From a virus, in the IMG/VR virus record IMGVR_UViG_3300032309_001546, positions 32,001-96,000 of that record: DNA of 64,000 nt. One strand, written 5' to 3'. This document shows positions 1-8,943 of this stretch, piece by piece. The notes under the pieces are model-generated. The model ran no database searches, was not told the origin of the DNA, and saw only the letters and a program-made list of their open reading frames with translations. How positions within the stretch are numbered: position 1 is the stretch's first letter; each line of letters begins with the position of its first letter. A program made the translations under genes and the position numbers.

Positions 1-872
1 CTAGCTTGACCAGGAGTCAGACTTGAGCCACCTGCTGCCACAGTAGCCTTGAGACCATTATGGTAACAGGTAATCGTGCTGCTCTGACCCTCGAAAACAT
101 AGAGGGTATCAGCTCCTGACTTAATAGCTTGTTTTGCAATCTTATGATTGTAAAGCAAGTTGCTCTTATCAAAGATTGGAACAATGCCACTGGTATTTAC
201 CCACTTATCCTTGTCACCTTTTTGCCAGGTAATCTTACGAGCTGCAAAGCCAACAGTCCTACCTTTCTCGTCATAGAATGTAGTTACTAGCTTGTTCTGA
301 GGATCAGCAAACATACTTGTGTCATAGATGCCAAAGCCTTGGTCAGGCCGCTCTTCTCTTAGGTTATCTAGTACGGTAAGACCGTCACTAATCTCAACAT
401 AGCCAACACCCATCTCAAGCAGCTTATCTGCGTTCCATGAACGTTCTGCAATGTACTTATACAAATCTGGGTGAGCAGTATCAGTAATCTTTGCAAGAGA
501 TGAGGAGACCTCATGATATACTTGGAAATACTTTTGACGCTCAATTTCTTCTGGGCTTGGCTTACCAAAGTTATAGTCAATGCTGAATAAGTCCGCTACT
601 TCTTTGGCAATATCAACAAATTCATCACCAGCGAGTTGCCGGCCTGTTCTAATAGCATGGATGTTTAAGGAACTACCATAAAACCCACAGCTAAAACACT
701 TTACATAGCCACGGTCATCGTAGACATGCATACTAGGATTATGGTCGTCATGATCTGGGTTGACACAAACGACTTTCTTATTCTTTGTAACTTCAACACC
801 AATCTTCTCAAGGTATTGAGAAACTGGGATTCTATCAACTGTCTCTACTAACTCACTCAGATTTGTAATCAT
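1..872 (-). CDS. dnaG: DnaG-type DNA primase, truncated at window edge (not in ORF track)
   Basis: Manual translation MITNLSELVETVDRIP...CVNPDHDDHNPSMHVY...CFSCG (CHC2 zinc finger), FYDEKGRTVGFAAR, VFEG Toprim motif; AGGAG RBS at 876-880. Confidence 0.9.
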   Translation of the reverse strand, partial: MITNLSELVETVDRIPVSQYLEKIGVEVTKNKKVVCVNPDHDDHNPSMHVYDDRGYVKCFSCGFYGSSLNIHAIRTGRQLAGDEFVDIAKEVADLFSIDYNFGKPSPEEIERQKYFQVYHEVSSSLAKITDTAHPDLYKYIAERSWNADKLLEMGVGYVEISDGLTVLDNLREERPDQGFGIYDTSMFADPQNKLVTTFYDEKGRTVGFAARKITWQKGDKDKWVNTSGIVPIFDKSNLLYNHKIAKQAIKSGADTLYVFEGQSSTITCYHNGLKATVAAGGSSLTPGQA

Positions 873-880
873 ACACTCCT

Positions 881-1987
881 CTATTTTAGTATTTCATTAG
901 CGATTTTAGCTAACGCAGTTTTTCTAAATAAAACTGGCTGTTTAATCCCCATGGACTTTAGCCATTCTTTTAATTCAATAGGATTTTGCTCTTTATGATT
1001 GAGCAATCCATATCTCTTACAGATATACTCTTTTTCTAAAGGTAAAAGATTATCTAGTACCGAAAGAAAACTCAAGCAAAACGTAACATGATCCATGTTC
1101 ATATCTATTGCTTGGAGATGTTCATCTTTCTTCTCACGATCTACGATGTCAGTCATAGGATCTTCAATCAACGCATGTTCATTATTGTACATTGCTATTT
1201 GATTGTATGGAGTATAGCTATAGATAAAACTAAAAGCATGAGAGACGTTGCTTTCTTTCATCTTAGTTAATTTAGCTAGTTCACTAACTGTCTTATGAGA
1301 GTAGGGAACATTGTGTCTTCTAATTGCTCCTAGGACTTTAGTTATATCAATTGTCAGGTGGACTGGCAAGCGAATTAATCTAGCCTTGTTACTTAAGGCG
1401 CGGGTAATCTTTTGCTTCACCCACCAAGTAGCGTAGGTTCCTAGCTTAACATTCTTGTTAGGATCATAACGGTCGATGGCATATAGAAATCCAAATACTC
1501 CCTCTTGGATAAGGTCATCCACAGACAGGCCTTTACCAGCATAACTGTTAGCAATCTTAAGGATAAGGCGAAGGTTATGAGCAATAAGAGTTTCTTGTAG
1601 TTCTTTGAATATGTCGTCATAGGGCATAATTCCTATAAGGTAATTAAGTTCTTCTTTCTCCGCGACAAGAAGACCATGAGTAATGTCATCATTATCTTTT
1701 GCTAATTTTTCATCAACAATAGACAATCGATCTTTCATGTTTGAGAATTGTTGCTTCAGATAGAAGTACTTGCAAGCAAGACGATGCATTTCTGCATCTT
1801 TCATTCTGGGATGGTTTTTGATATATTCGCTAAGATAAGCAATGCTATCTTTTTCCATGCCATATATAACTGAAGTGGATTCATTCTTAACATGATGATC
1901 GTATGTTAGACTTGTTTTCTTTCTTCGATCAGGAATTATAATATCTATCTTAACTTTGGGAGTTACGCTATTCGGATTCTTGTTCAT
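881..1987 (-). CDS. sigma70-family RNA polymerase sigma factor
   Basis: HNLRLILKIA, DDLIQEG, DRYDP, TYATWWVKQ, RLIRLPVH = regions 2.1-3.0; region 4 divergent. Confidence 0.9.
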   Translation of the reverse strand: MNKNPNSVTPKVKIDIIIPDRRKKTSLTYDHHVKNESTSVIYGMEKDSIAYLSEYIKNHPRMKDAEMHRLACKYFYLKQQFSNMKDRLSIVDEKLAKDNDDITHGLLVAEKEELNYLIGIMPYDDIFKELQETLIAHNLRLILKIANSYAGKGLSVDDLIQEGVFGFLYAIDRYDPNKNVKLGTYATWWVKQKITRALSNKARLIRLPVHLTIDITKVLGAIRRHNVPYSHKTVSELAKLTKMKESNVSHAFSFIYSYTPYNQIAMYNNEHALIEDPMTDIVDREKKDEHLQAIDMNMDHVTFCLSFLSVLDNLLPLEKEYICKRYGLLNHKEQNPIELKEWLKSMGIKQPVLFRKTALAKIANEILK

Positions 1988-3155
1988 CGCTTGATTCTCC
2001 TACAAGTGAAATTCGCTCAATGTCAGTGACATCTAATTTTGTTAAGTCTCTGGGAGTACCATTTGTCTCATAGCATATATTCTTGAATGGACAATAGCTA
2101 CAATTCCAATCGCCTTTCTTAACTTTCTTGCCTTTACTGAAAAGCTCCATGTCAACTTTTGATAGCTCTTTGCGACCAGCTAGTAAAGCAATCTTAGTCT
2201 GGTCATAGAATAATTCAAAGTCTCTTACTGGCAATGTTTCATTCTCTAAGTGAGTATGAAGTTCTTGATAGCGTTGGAGTATATGCTCAGCATATAAATC
2301 ATACTTGTAAGGTTGTCTATCTACATAGACTCTATGTAAGTACTTGCCACTGGCAATCTTTTCTTTAACAAGATCAATGTCGAACTCTTTACGTTCTCCA
2401 TTTTCACGATTGATATAGGCAAGCTTCCAGTAACGATATTCTTTTTTCAATATACAGAAGTACATATGATAAAGAATAGACTGAAGTAAATGCTCTGGCT
2501 TTGGCTCAGGAATGCTTAACCAATGGCCTTTCTTGCTCTTTACTCCAAAGACTTGTCTTGGTCCTTTGTATCCTGAGATACTCTTAATCTCAATGCCTAC
2601 AATGTTATCTGTTTTAATTTCTTTTGGATCTATAGATGGATTGCCGTCTCTATCAAATGTAGGAAGAGTGTAGTCTTCTTTGTTTGGTATTGCAACTGCA
2701 AGATCTAATTCACCACTGATAACAGGCTTTAATGCTTTATATGGGAAAGGAAGTTCCCATTTAAATCTAAGGCTATTTGTTTCATATACACAAGCTCTTT
2801 TGCTTTCATCCGTAATAGCTATTTCTGCATACTTACTTAATGAAAACTTCCAAAGCTCTTTAGGTGTGAAAGGCTCAGCCGCAAGAACATGATCAAGATT
2901 AGGCTTGACATTGGTTGCCTCCATTCTTTGAATCATAGCTCTAAACCATGACTTGCGAAGGCATCCTCCAATAATAAGATCCTCATCGTGTTCGTTTTTA
3001 ATCTTTGCGCTAGCTTCACTGGGATATAAATTTATATCTGGTCGAAGACGGCTTGGTTGATTACCAATACTTCGATCTAAAGTTTGCCAAAAAGAAAAAG
3101 GGTACTGCTCACTAGCCAGCACCACTTCTTTCTTCTTGCTAGTTTTCTTTGCCAT
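1968..3155 (-). CDS. Cas4-like/PD-(D/E)XK exonuclease with Fe-S staple cysteines
   Basis: PSEA..GGCLRKSW, SGELD, GIEIKS, QxxxY, C-terminal CSYCPFKNIC; start moved to MAKK (RBS AGAGG). Confidence 0.7.
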   Translation of the reverse strand: MAKKTSKKKEVVLASEQYPFSFWQTLDRSIGNQPSRLRPDINLYPSEASAKIKNEHDEDLIIGGCLRKSWFRAMIQRMEATNVKPNLDHVLAAEPFTPKELWKFSLSKYAEIAITDESKRACVYETNSLRFKWELPFPYKALKPVISGELDLAVAIPNKEDYTLPTFDRDGNPSIDPKEIKTDNIVGIEIKSISGYKGPRQVFGVKSKKGHWLSIPEPKPEHLLQSILYHMYFCILKKEYRYWKLAYINRENGERKEFDIDLVKEKIASGKYLHRVYVDRQPYKYDLYAEHILQRYQELHTHLENETLPVRDFELFYDQTKIALLAGRKELSKVDMELFSKGKKVKKGDWNCSYCPFKNICYETNGTPRDLTKLDVTDIERISLVGESSDEQESE

Positions 3156-3195
3156 ACTAGCCTCTGTACGAATATAAGAGAATATTTTAATCAAG

Positions 3196-3268
3196 CTCTG
3201 GCTATAGGATTTGAACCTATGACCTAGAAATTAACAGTTTCCCGCTTCTACCACTGAGCTAAGCCAGA
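3196..3268 (-). tRNA. tRNA-Asn(GTT)
   Basis: Cloverleaf TCTGGCT/AGCCAGA acceptor, GGAAA-CTGTTAA-TTTCT anticodon arm, ATAGG-TTCAAAT-CCTAT, discriminator G. Confidence 0.9.
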
Positions 3269-3317
3269 TCATGATTAATATTTTTATATTAACTTCTTTA
3301 ATACTTTTGTCAAGGGA

Positions 3318-3683
3318 TTAAAGAACAGAGATATCTACTTCCTTGCTAGCAACAGGCTGAGCTCCAGCGGCTGGGGCAGCAGCCTTATCAGCATGAGCTT
3401 GCATTTCCTTCATCTTCTCTTCAGCGTCTTTGATAATCTTTGTATTATGTTCCGCAAAGCGCTTAGTGAACTCTTCAATGCCAATAGAGCTTCCCATTTC
3501 TTTTAGGAAGTCAACAATTGTTGCAGACAGTGCCGCAACAGTGTAGCCTTGGAAGACGCCAAAGTTATTATTGATCATCATGAATAGATTATTCATGTAC
3601 TTGTTTACTTCATCTCGGGTAGGATTACCGGCCATGAAATCTTCGTTTACGCTATCTGGCTCAGTCTTAATCTCTTCGTTCAT
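3318..3683 (-). CDS. hypothetical protein
   Basis: ORF with GAGG RBS, in operon context. Confidence 0.7.
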   Translation of the reverse strand: MNEEIKTEPDSVNEDFMAGNPTRDEVNKYMNNLFMMINNNFGVFQGYTVAALSATIVDFLKEMGSSIGIEEFTKRFAEHNTKIIKDAEEKMKEMQAHADKAAAPAAGAQPVASKEVDISVL

Positions 3684-3693
3684 TCTGTACCTC

Positions 3694-4854
3694 TTACTTT
3701 AAGTAATTTAATGTTCCGCAATACTTAACGTCAGTCTCGTTAAATAATGTATTGCCATCTTCGTCTTGGTAAATGACTGCATATCCTAATGTAACTGCTT
3801 CCTTTGTAAACTTAGCACTGCGCTGATAGTCCATCAACTTAACCAAACAACCTTGTTCCATTACAAGTTTACCCTTGTAGACAAGCTTACCTAGCTTATG
3901 TGTATGTCCCATGACAACGCAATCGTAACTATCCCATTCTAGGAAGTTTTGTAAATAATCGCAAGCTTTAACTACAGTGCCTAGAGGAGCGCTGAGATAG
4001 GTGCTTGGGTGCAAGAATACGGTTTTATTTAGTTGGAGAATCCAAGGGTTACCCTGTGGATTGTATATTACGTTTGGTAGTTCTACAGTGCCAACATGTG
4101 CACCATCTTCATCTAAGATATAACCCTTTGCTAGATAGTATAGAGTGTCTTTACATGCAAACATTTGCATGGTGGGATCAATCTTATTAGCAAAGTATTT
4201 TTCAAGTCTATGCTCGTGGTTGCCACGCACGATATAAACTTGAGGAAAGATTCCAGCAACTTTACGAACAAACTCTAAAGCCATTGTATACTCTAGATGC
4301 ATTGGAATATTCTTATCCTTGGCAAAGCTACTAGCGGCATAGCCATCGAGTAGGTCGCCATTAAGAACAAGAATGTCTGCATCCTTATGTAGCTCAATAA
4401 CTTCGTCAATTAGTTCTTGGTTTTGGAATGGAAAATGAATATCACTTAAACTAAGAATCTTAATTGCTGCTTCTGCAGTGCTAGCCTTCTTAGTCAGATA
4501 AACCTTATCCTTGGCGTCTTTAACAGCTTCAAGATAGGCTTGTATACTACCTGCCTTCTCAACATCCTTAGTAACGTCCTTGGGGTCTTCTGCGCTTGCT
4601 AAAGCCTGGATAACAGTTGGCTTAGTCGGGCCAATCTTCTTAGTCTTGATATTCTTACTACTAGGAATCTTATAGTAATTAATAATCTTATTCAGGGTAG
4701 AAGTGGCTTTAGGATTCTCACCCTTCTGTACTTCTATTGCGCCTCTCTTGGCAAGGCGCTCTAGCGTGTGTCTAGATATATTGTACTTAATACATAGTAA
4801 AGTACCAGGAATCCAAGTATCAAGATCTTCTTTCTGCCAAATAACTGTATTCAT
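3694..4854 (-). CDS. metallophosphoesterase with N-terminal HTH-like region
   Basis: SDIH, NGDLLD, GNHE, GHTH motifs. Confidence 0.85.
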   Translation of the reverse strand: MNTVIWQKEDLDTWIPGTLLCIKYNISRHTLERLAKRGAIEVQKGENPKATSTLNKIINYYKIPSSKNIKTKKIGPTKPTVIQALASAEDPKDVTKDVEKAGSIQAYLEAVKDAKDKVYLTKKASTAEAAIKILSLSDIHFPFQNQELIDEVIELHKDADILVLNGDLLDGYAASSFAKDKNIPMHLEYTMALEFVRKVAGIFPQVYIVRGNHEHRLEKYFANKIDPTMQMFACKDTLYYLAKGYILDEDGAHVGTVELPNVIYNPQGNPWILQLNKTVFLHPSTYLSAPLGTVVKACDYLQNFLEWDSYDCVVMGHTHKLGKLVYKGKLVMEQGCLVKLMDYQRSAKFTKEAVTLGYAVIYQDEDGNTLFNETDVKYCGTLNYLK

Positions 4855-4863
4855 ATATGGACC

Positions 4864-7278
4864 TTACTTTATTAAGGTAATTTTTCCGACTGGGCGAATC
4901 CTTAAGAAATCATCTTTCTTAGTTGCTTTGTAGGAGAAAAATAATAGGGAACAATAGTCAAGCTTTTCTTTCAGTTCTTCGTATTGATCTGAGAACAGCG
5001 TGACTTCTGATATAGAAGATAAATCTTCGATTGTCAATGTTGCCATTAATTTTCCTTTTGATTTACCGCTTTTGATTTGCTGTTCTTTAATATGAGATAC
5101 CGCGACGAGCAGATTGCCTTCGTTGCTATTTGTCTCATCAATATCTTCTATCTGATTAATTAAGATTCCGGGTGGAGTCTTAGTAATATAAGATAGTGGA
5201 TGGCGACTAATAAAGAACTTACAATACTCTGATTCCCACTTAACAATTTGCAGTGGGACTTTATAGTCAGACGTTTTCTTGATAGATTCTAGGTCAGGGA
5301 AAGTAGGCTGATCAGGAACTTTAAGAACTAATGGCTTCTTAGGTCTTGGTTCTGAATACACTTTCTTACCATCTGAGTCTATACTTAAACTAATTACGCC
5401 TGCCTTTAATCTTGCAGACCAATCGTCGAGCAAGGCGGGATAAGCATCTACTTCCTTGTTACGCTCAAAGGCTTGAACTATTCTTGTTTGATAGTTTTCA
5501 ACCTTTGTATAGTAATCAAAGATATCAGAAAGCTTATCTACAAGCTTGACTCTGTCGTAGCCAAAGCTATCGAATGCGCCGACCTTTGCAAGTATACTAA
5601 CAACACCAGAATTAATCTTTGTGCGATTGATTCTAGTAAAGAAGTCAGCCATGCTTGTAAAAGACTTGCGACCGCGTGCCTTAAGTATAAGGTCACTAGC
5701 TTTGTTACCGATGCCATTGATCATGCCAAGGCCAAACAAGATAGTATTGTCATCCAACTTAGTAAAACCAATATCACTATTGTTAATACTAGGTGGAAGA
5801 ATGTTGTAACCCATCTGGCGATACTCGTTGATATATCTGACTAGCTTCTCAGGCTTACCACTTCTGACAGTCATTAGCGTAAGCATAAAGTCTGTAGGAT
5901 AGTAAGTCTTAAGATAAGCATTGAAGTAAGTAATGAAGGCATAAGCAAGAGCATGACTCTTATTAAAACCATACTCAGCAAATGCTGCAATGACATTCCA
6001 AATACGAGTTGCCTCTCCCATATCAATCTTATGAAGACGAGCACAGCCATCTACAAAAAGTGTGCGATATTCTGCCATCAATGTAGCATCTTTCTTGCCC
6101 ATTGCTTTTCTAATCTTATCAGCCTCTTGGAGTGTTACTCCTGCAAGTATCTGACAAGCGGCCATAATCTGTTCCTGATAAATAAGAACACCGCCGGTCT
6201 CAGCAAGTACATCATCAAGTAATGGATGTAACTTATTCTGAGTCTGACGAGTCTTCTTATAGTCAATGTAGTCCTGAAGCAGACCTGAGTCACGAGGACC
6301 AGGACGATTAAGAGCTGAGAAAACTGCAAGATCCTGGACACTCTGTGGCTTGAGATCGGCTACAAGTTTTAGTAGATAAGTCTCTTCCATCTGGAATAAG
6401 CCAGCTGTGAATCCTTTATTGATTAATTCAAACACATTGGGATCATCAGTAGGAACTTCTTCCTCTAGCCACTTGAGTGACTTACCAATACGCTTACAAG
6501 TAAGATCGTTAATTGTAAGGCAATCGATTCTAAGAATGTCGAACTTAATAAAGTTCATTTTCTCTAGAGTTGGACCTTCCCATTGGGTAAGATTGAACCA
6601 GTCTGCGCCTTCAGTCTTGCTCTTCCGGATTGGAATCATCTGATCTACTGGACTTGTGCCAATAAGAACTGCACTAGCATGAACGCTAACTTCCTTTGCT
6701 TGTCCATCTACTGGTCCGCAAAGGCTAAAGATATCTTGATTAGCTTCTACAATCTTTTTGATGTGTTCGCTATTGTCTTCGATTAGTTCTTTATAAGTTA
6801 CATACTTGCCACGGTGACTTTCAGGCAAGCTGTCAGCTAACCGTTCCGCATCGGCAATAGTTCTATATGTGCCATCTGCATGCTTAAGTAACTTAGTGAA
6901 AGCTTTAACGCTTGTCTTAAGAGACCAAGGCTTATAGGTAGATACACGAAGAACACGATCATGACCATACTTAGTTTGCAGTGCCTTGATTAGATCATCA
7001 GCACGAACATTACAAAAGTCAGTATCGATATCCGGGCCTTCGCCATCAACATGATAAGTAACACGCTCATCCGGATTATAAGTGTCAGACAAGCCAAGCG
7101 CATATAGTAATGCAGAGTTACTTTTATTAGCAAGTTTTGCTTTAGACTCAAAGGCCTTGTTGATAAAAGCTAGAGTTTCATCGGTAAGATACCTGACCTC
7201 AAAGTCCAAGTAGTCTTTGCTTATTACATTTAATCTATCATCTGAATAGAATTTATTAAGGTTTTTCTTGTTGATCAT
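4864..7278 (-). CDS. dnaE: DNA polymerase III alpha, C-terminal part (palm Asp, fingers, HhH, OB)
   Basis: PDIDTDF, SVHASAV, KFDIL, GLFQME, ALNRPGP, YQEQIM, YGFNKSHA, C-terminal OB fold. Confidence 0.93.
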   Translation of the reverse strand: MINKKNLNKFYSDDRLNVISKDYLDFEVRYLTDETLAFINKAFESKAKLANKSNSALLYALGLSDTYNPDERVTYHVDGEGPDIDTDFCNVRADDLIKALQTKYGHDRVLRVSTYKPWSLKTSVKAFTKLLKHADGTYRTIADAERLADSLPESHRGKYVTYKELIEDNSEHIKKIVEANQDIFSLCGPVDGQAKEVSVHASAVLIGTSPVDQMIPIRKSKTEGADWFNLTQWEGPTLEKMNFIKFDILRIDCLTINDLTCKRIGKSLKWLEEEVPTDDPNVFELINKGFTAGLFQMEETYLLKLVADLKPQSVQDLAVFSALNRPGPRDSGLLQDYIDYKKTRQTQNKLHPLLDDVLAETGGVLIYQEQIMAACQILAGVTLQEADKIRKAMGKKDATLMAEYRTLFVDGCARLHKIDMGEATRIWNVIAAFAEYGFNKSHALAYAFITYFNAYLKTYYPTDFMLTLMTVRSGKPEKLVRYINEYRQMGYNILPPSINNSDIGFTKLDDNTILFGLGMINGIGNKASDLILKARGRKSFTSMADFFTRINRTKINSGVVSILAKVGAFDSFGYDRVKLVDKLSDIFDYYTKVENYQTRIVQAFERNKEVDAYPALLDDWSARLKAGVISLSIDSDGKKVYSEPRPKKPLVLKVPDQPTFPDLESIKKTSDYKVPLQIVKWESEYCKFFISRHPLSYITKTPPGILINQIEDIDETNSNEGNLLVAVSHIKEQQIKSGKSKGKLMATLTIEDLSSISEVTLFSDQYEELKEKLDYCSLLFFSYKATKKDDFLRIRPVGKITLIK

Positions 7279-7576
7279 AATCGTCCAATAAACAATGTTT
7301 AAGAAATACTTGTCTGAAAAGATTTAAAGTTTCCTTTTTCTTCTCAGAGTCACTTGTCCAGTAATGACGAAAAAATAAATACAAAAAAGTAAAGAATGGA
7401 ACTTTATAGATCCAACCTAATTTTTCATGCCAAGTTTGAGTATGGTCTAGCGTAAAACTTTTTACTGGAGAAAAAGTCTCAGTTTCTTTGTTCCAAGTAT
7501 ACTTCTCTTTAAAAACTTTTCTGTAAGATAACTTCTCAGGTGTATATACTATAGACTTTTCATTAGACATTTTCAA
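7256..7576 (-). CDS. hypothetical protein between the two dnaE halves; one hydrophobic segment
   Basis: ORF overlaps stop of dnaE-N and start of dnaE-C; WIYKVPFFTFLYLFF. Confidence 0.6.
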   Translation of the reverse strand: MKMSNEKSIVYTPEKLSYRKVFKEKYTWNKETETFSPVKSFTLDHTQTWHEKLGWIYKVPFFTFLYLFFRHYWTSDSEKKKETLNLFRQVFLKHCLLDDYDQQEKP

Positions 7577-8846
7577 GCTCTTTAATATCTTCTGAGTAGT
7601 CTAAAGTAATTCGGACTCGACCAGGATTGAGAAAGCGCTCGAACAGCAGACCATGTTTAACAGGATCAAGATGCTTAGCTGTGATTCCTAGTGACCATGA
7701 GATCAAAGATCCACCACCAGAACCACGCGCTGGGCCAACAGGTATACCCATATCCTTAGCTAGGCTAACATAGTCTTGAACGACAAGGAAATAGGAACTA
7801 TACCGTGCCTCGTCAATGACTTGGAACTCATATCTAATTCTATCCTTGTAGGCTTTAGGGACATCAGCCCAGCTCTTTACGCCAAGCCGAGATATAAGAC
7901 CAGCCTTAGCCTTCTTAAGAAGCATTAGGCTTGTCCCCTCAGGCGTCATTCCTTCAAGCTGAAGATTCGGTGCCTTAGTTACTCGCTCAAAGTATGAGCC
8001 ATCTACAAGATCTGCTACATGCTGAGTATTAGTGATTGCTTCATGTGGTAACTGCCAGTCATCACAAAGAGTCTTTGCGAACTCTGCATCATACATCCAA
8101 GCATTATGATCTTGAACTTCATATGGCATTGTGTCTGGAGTCTTATGCATGCTCACACACATAACATAGCTACGCAACTTGTACTGATCTTGGTTCTGAT
8201 GATGAGCATCAGCTGTAAGTACAAGAGGAATATTCTTGCGTTTGCTTAGATCAATTAGATATTGATTGTAACCATACTGCTTTTCAACATTATTATGCTG
8301 AAGCTCTAAGAAGAAGCTGTCGTCGCCGACCGCCTCCTTAACTTCATCACACCATCTATCTATCTTTGCATGTTCACCCCAGTGCCAATACTTAAAGCAC
8401 TGACTACTGATACAAGTACTAGTAGCAATTAAGCCTTTAGCGTGTTGCTTAAAAGTATCTAGATCGATACGAGGATAGCGATAAAAGCCATCTTCATATG
8501 AATACTTAGTAAGCTTCATTAAGTTCTTATAACCTTCTTCGTTCTTAGCAAGTAATAGGAAGTGGCCATTGTTAACTGCTTTCTCGGCTACGCCATTCTC
8601 TGGCATAAAATCAGACTTAGTCTTGGCATCGCCAAAAGCAAGATATGTTTCATTACCAATGATAGGCTTTACGTTAGCAGCACGACAGCCCTTTACAAAT
8701 TCTGGGATGCCACCCATATATCCATGATCTGTCAATGCAACTGCATTCATTCCTCTGGCAGCAACAGTCTTACCCATTTCATCGGCTGGCTGTAAGCCAT
8801 CAAGCAATGAGTAGTAGCTATGCGCATGGAGATGTACCATTCCCAT
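7563..8846 (-). CDS. dnaE: DNA polymerase III alpha, N-terminal part (PHP domain and start of palm)
   Basis: HLHAHSYYSLLDG, ALTDHG, LLAKN, TADAH, GPARGSGGGS, LLFERFLNPGR. Confidence 0.93.
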   Translation of the reverse strand: MGMVHLHAHSYYSLLDGLQPADEMGKTVAARGMNAVALTDHGYMGGIPEFVKGCRAANVKPIIGNETYLAFGDAKTKSDFMPENGVAEKAVNNGHFLLLAKNEEGYKNLMKLTKYSYEDGFYRYPRIDLDTFKQHAKGLIATSTCISSQCFKYWHWGEHAKIDRWCDEVKEAVGDDSFFLELQHNNVEKQYGYNQYLIDLSKRKNIPLVLTADAHHQNQDQYKLRSYVMCVSMHKTPDTMPYEVQDHNAWMYDAEFAKTLCDDWQLPHEAITNTQHVADLVDGSYFERVTKAPNLQLEGMTPEGTSLMLLKKAKAGLISRLGVKSWADVPKAYKDRIRYEFQVIDEARYSSYFLVVQDYVSLAKDMGIPVGPARGSGGGSLISWSLGITAKHLDPVKHGLLFERFLNPGRVRITLDYSEDIKELENV

Positions 8847-8902
8847 ATTATTCTCTCGTTTAAGTTTAAAGATTAATAAAACACCAATAGGCGACAAGGC
8901 TA

Positions 8903-8931
8903 AATATAGCCCGCCGCCACATGGTTTGCAA
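8903..8931 (-). promoter_or_regulatory. sigma70-type promoter upstream of dnaE-N
   Basis: TTGCAA-17 nt-TATATT on minus strand. Confidence 0.5.
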
Positions 8932-8943
8932 TAGCAAAAAGTA

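Noticed and set aside
7040-7615. Split intein or group I intron between the dnaE halves
   Set aside because: No N-terminal Cys/Ser block, no HN-C/S/T junction and no P7-like GACU/AGUC core seen; needs a CM/HMM search to exclude fully
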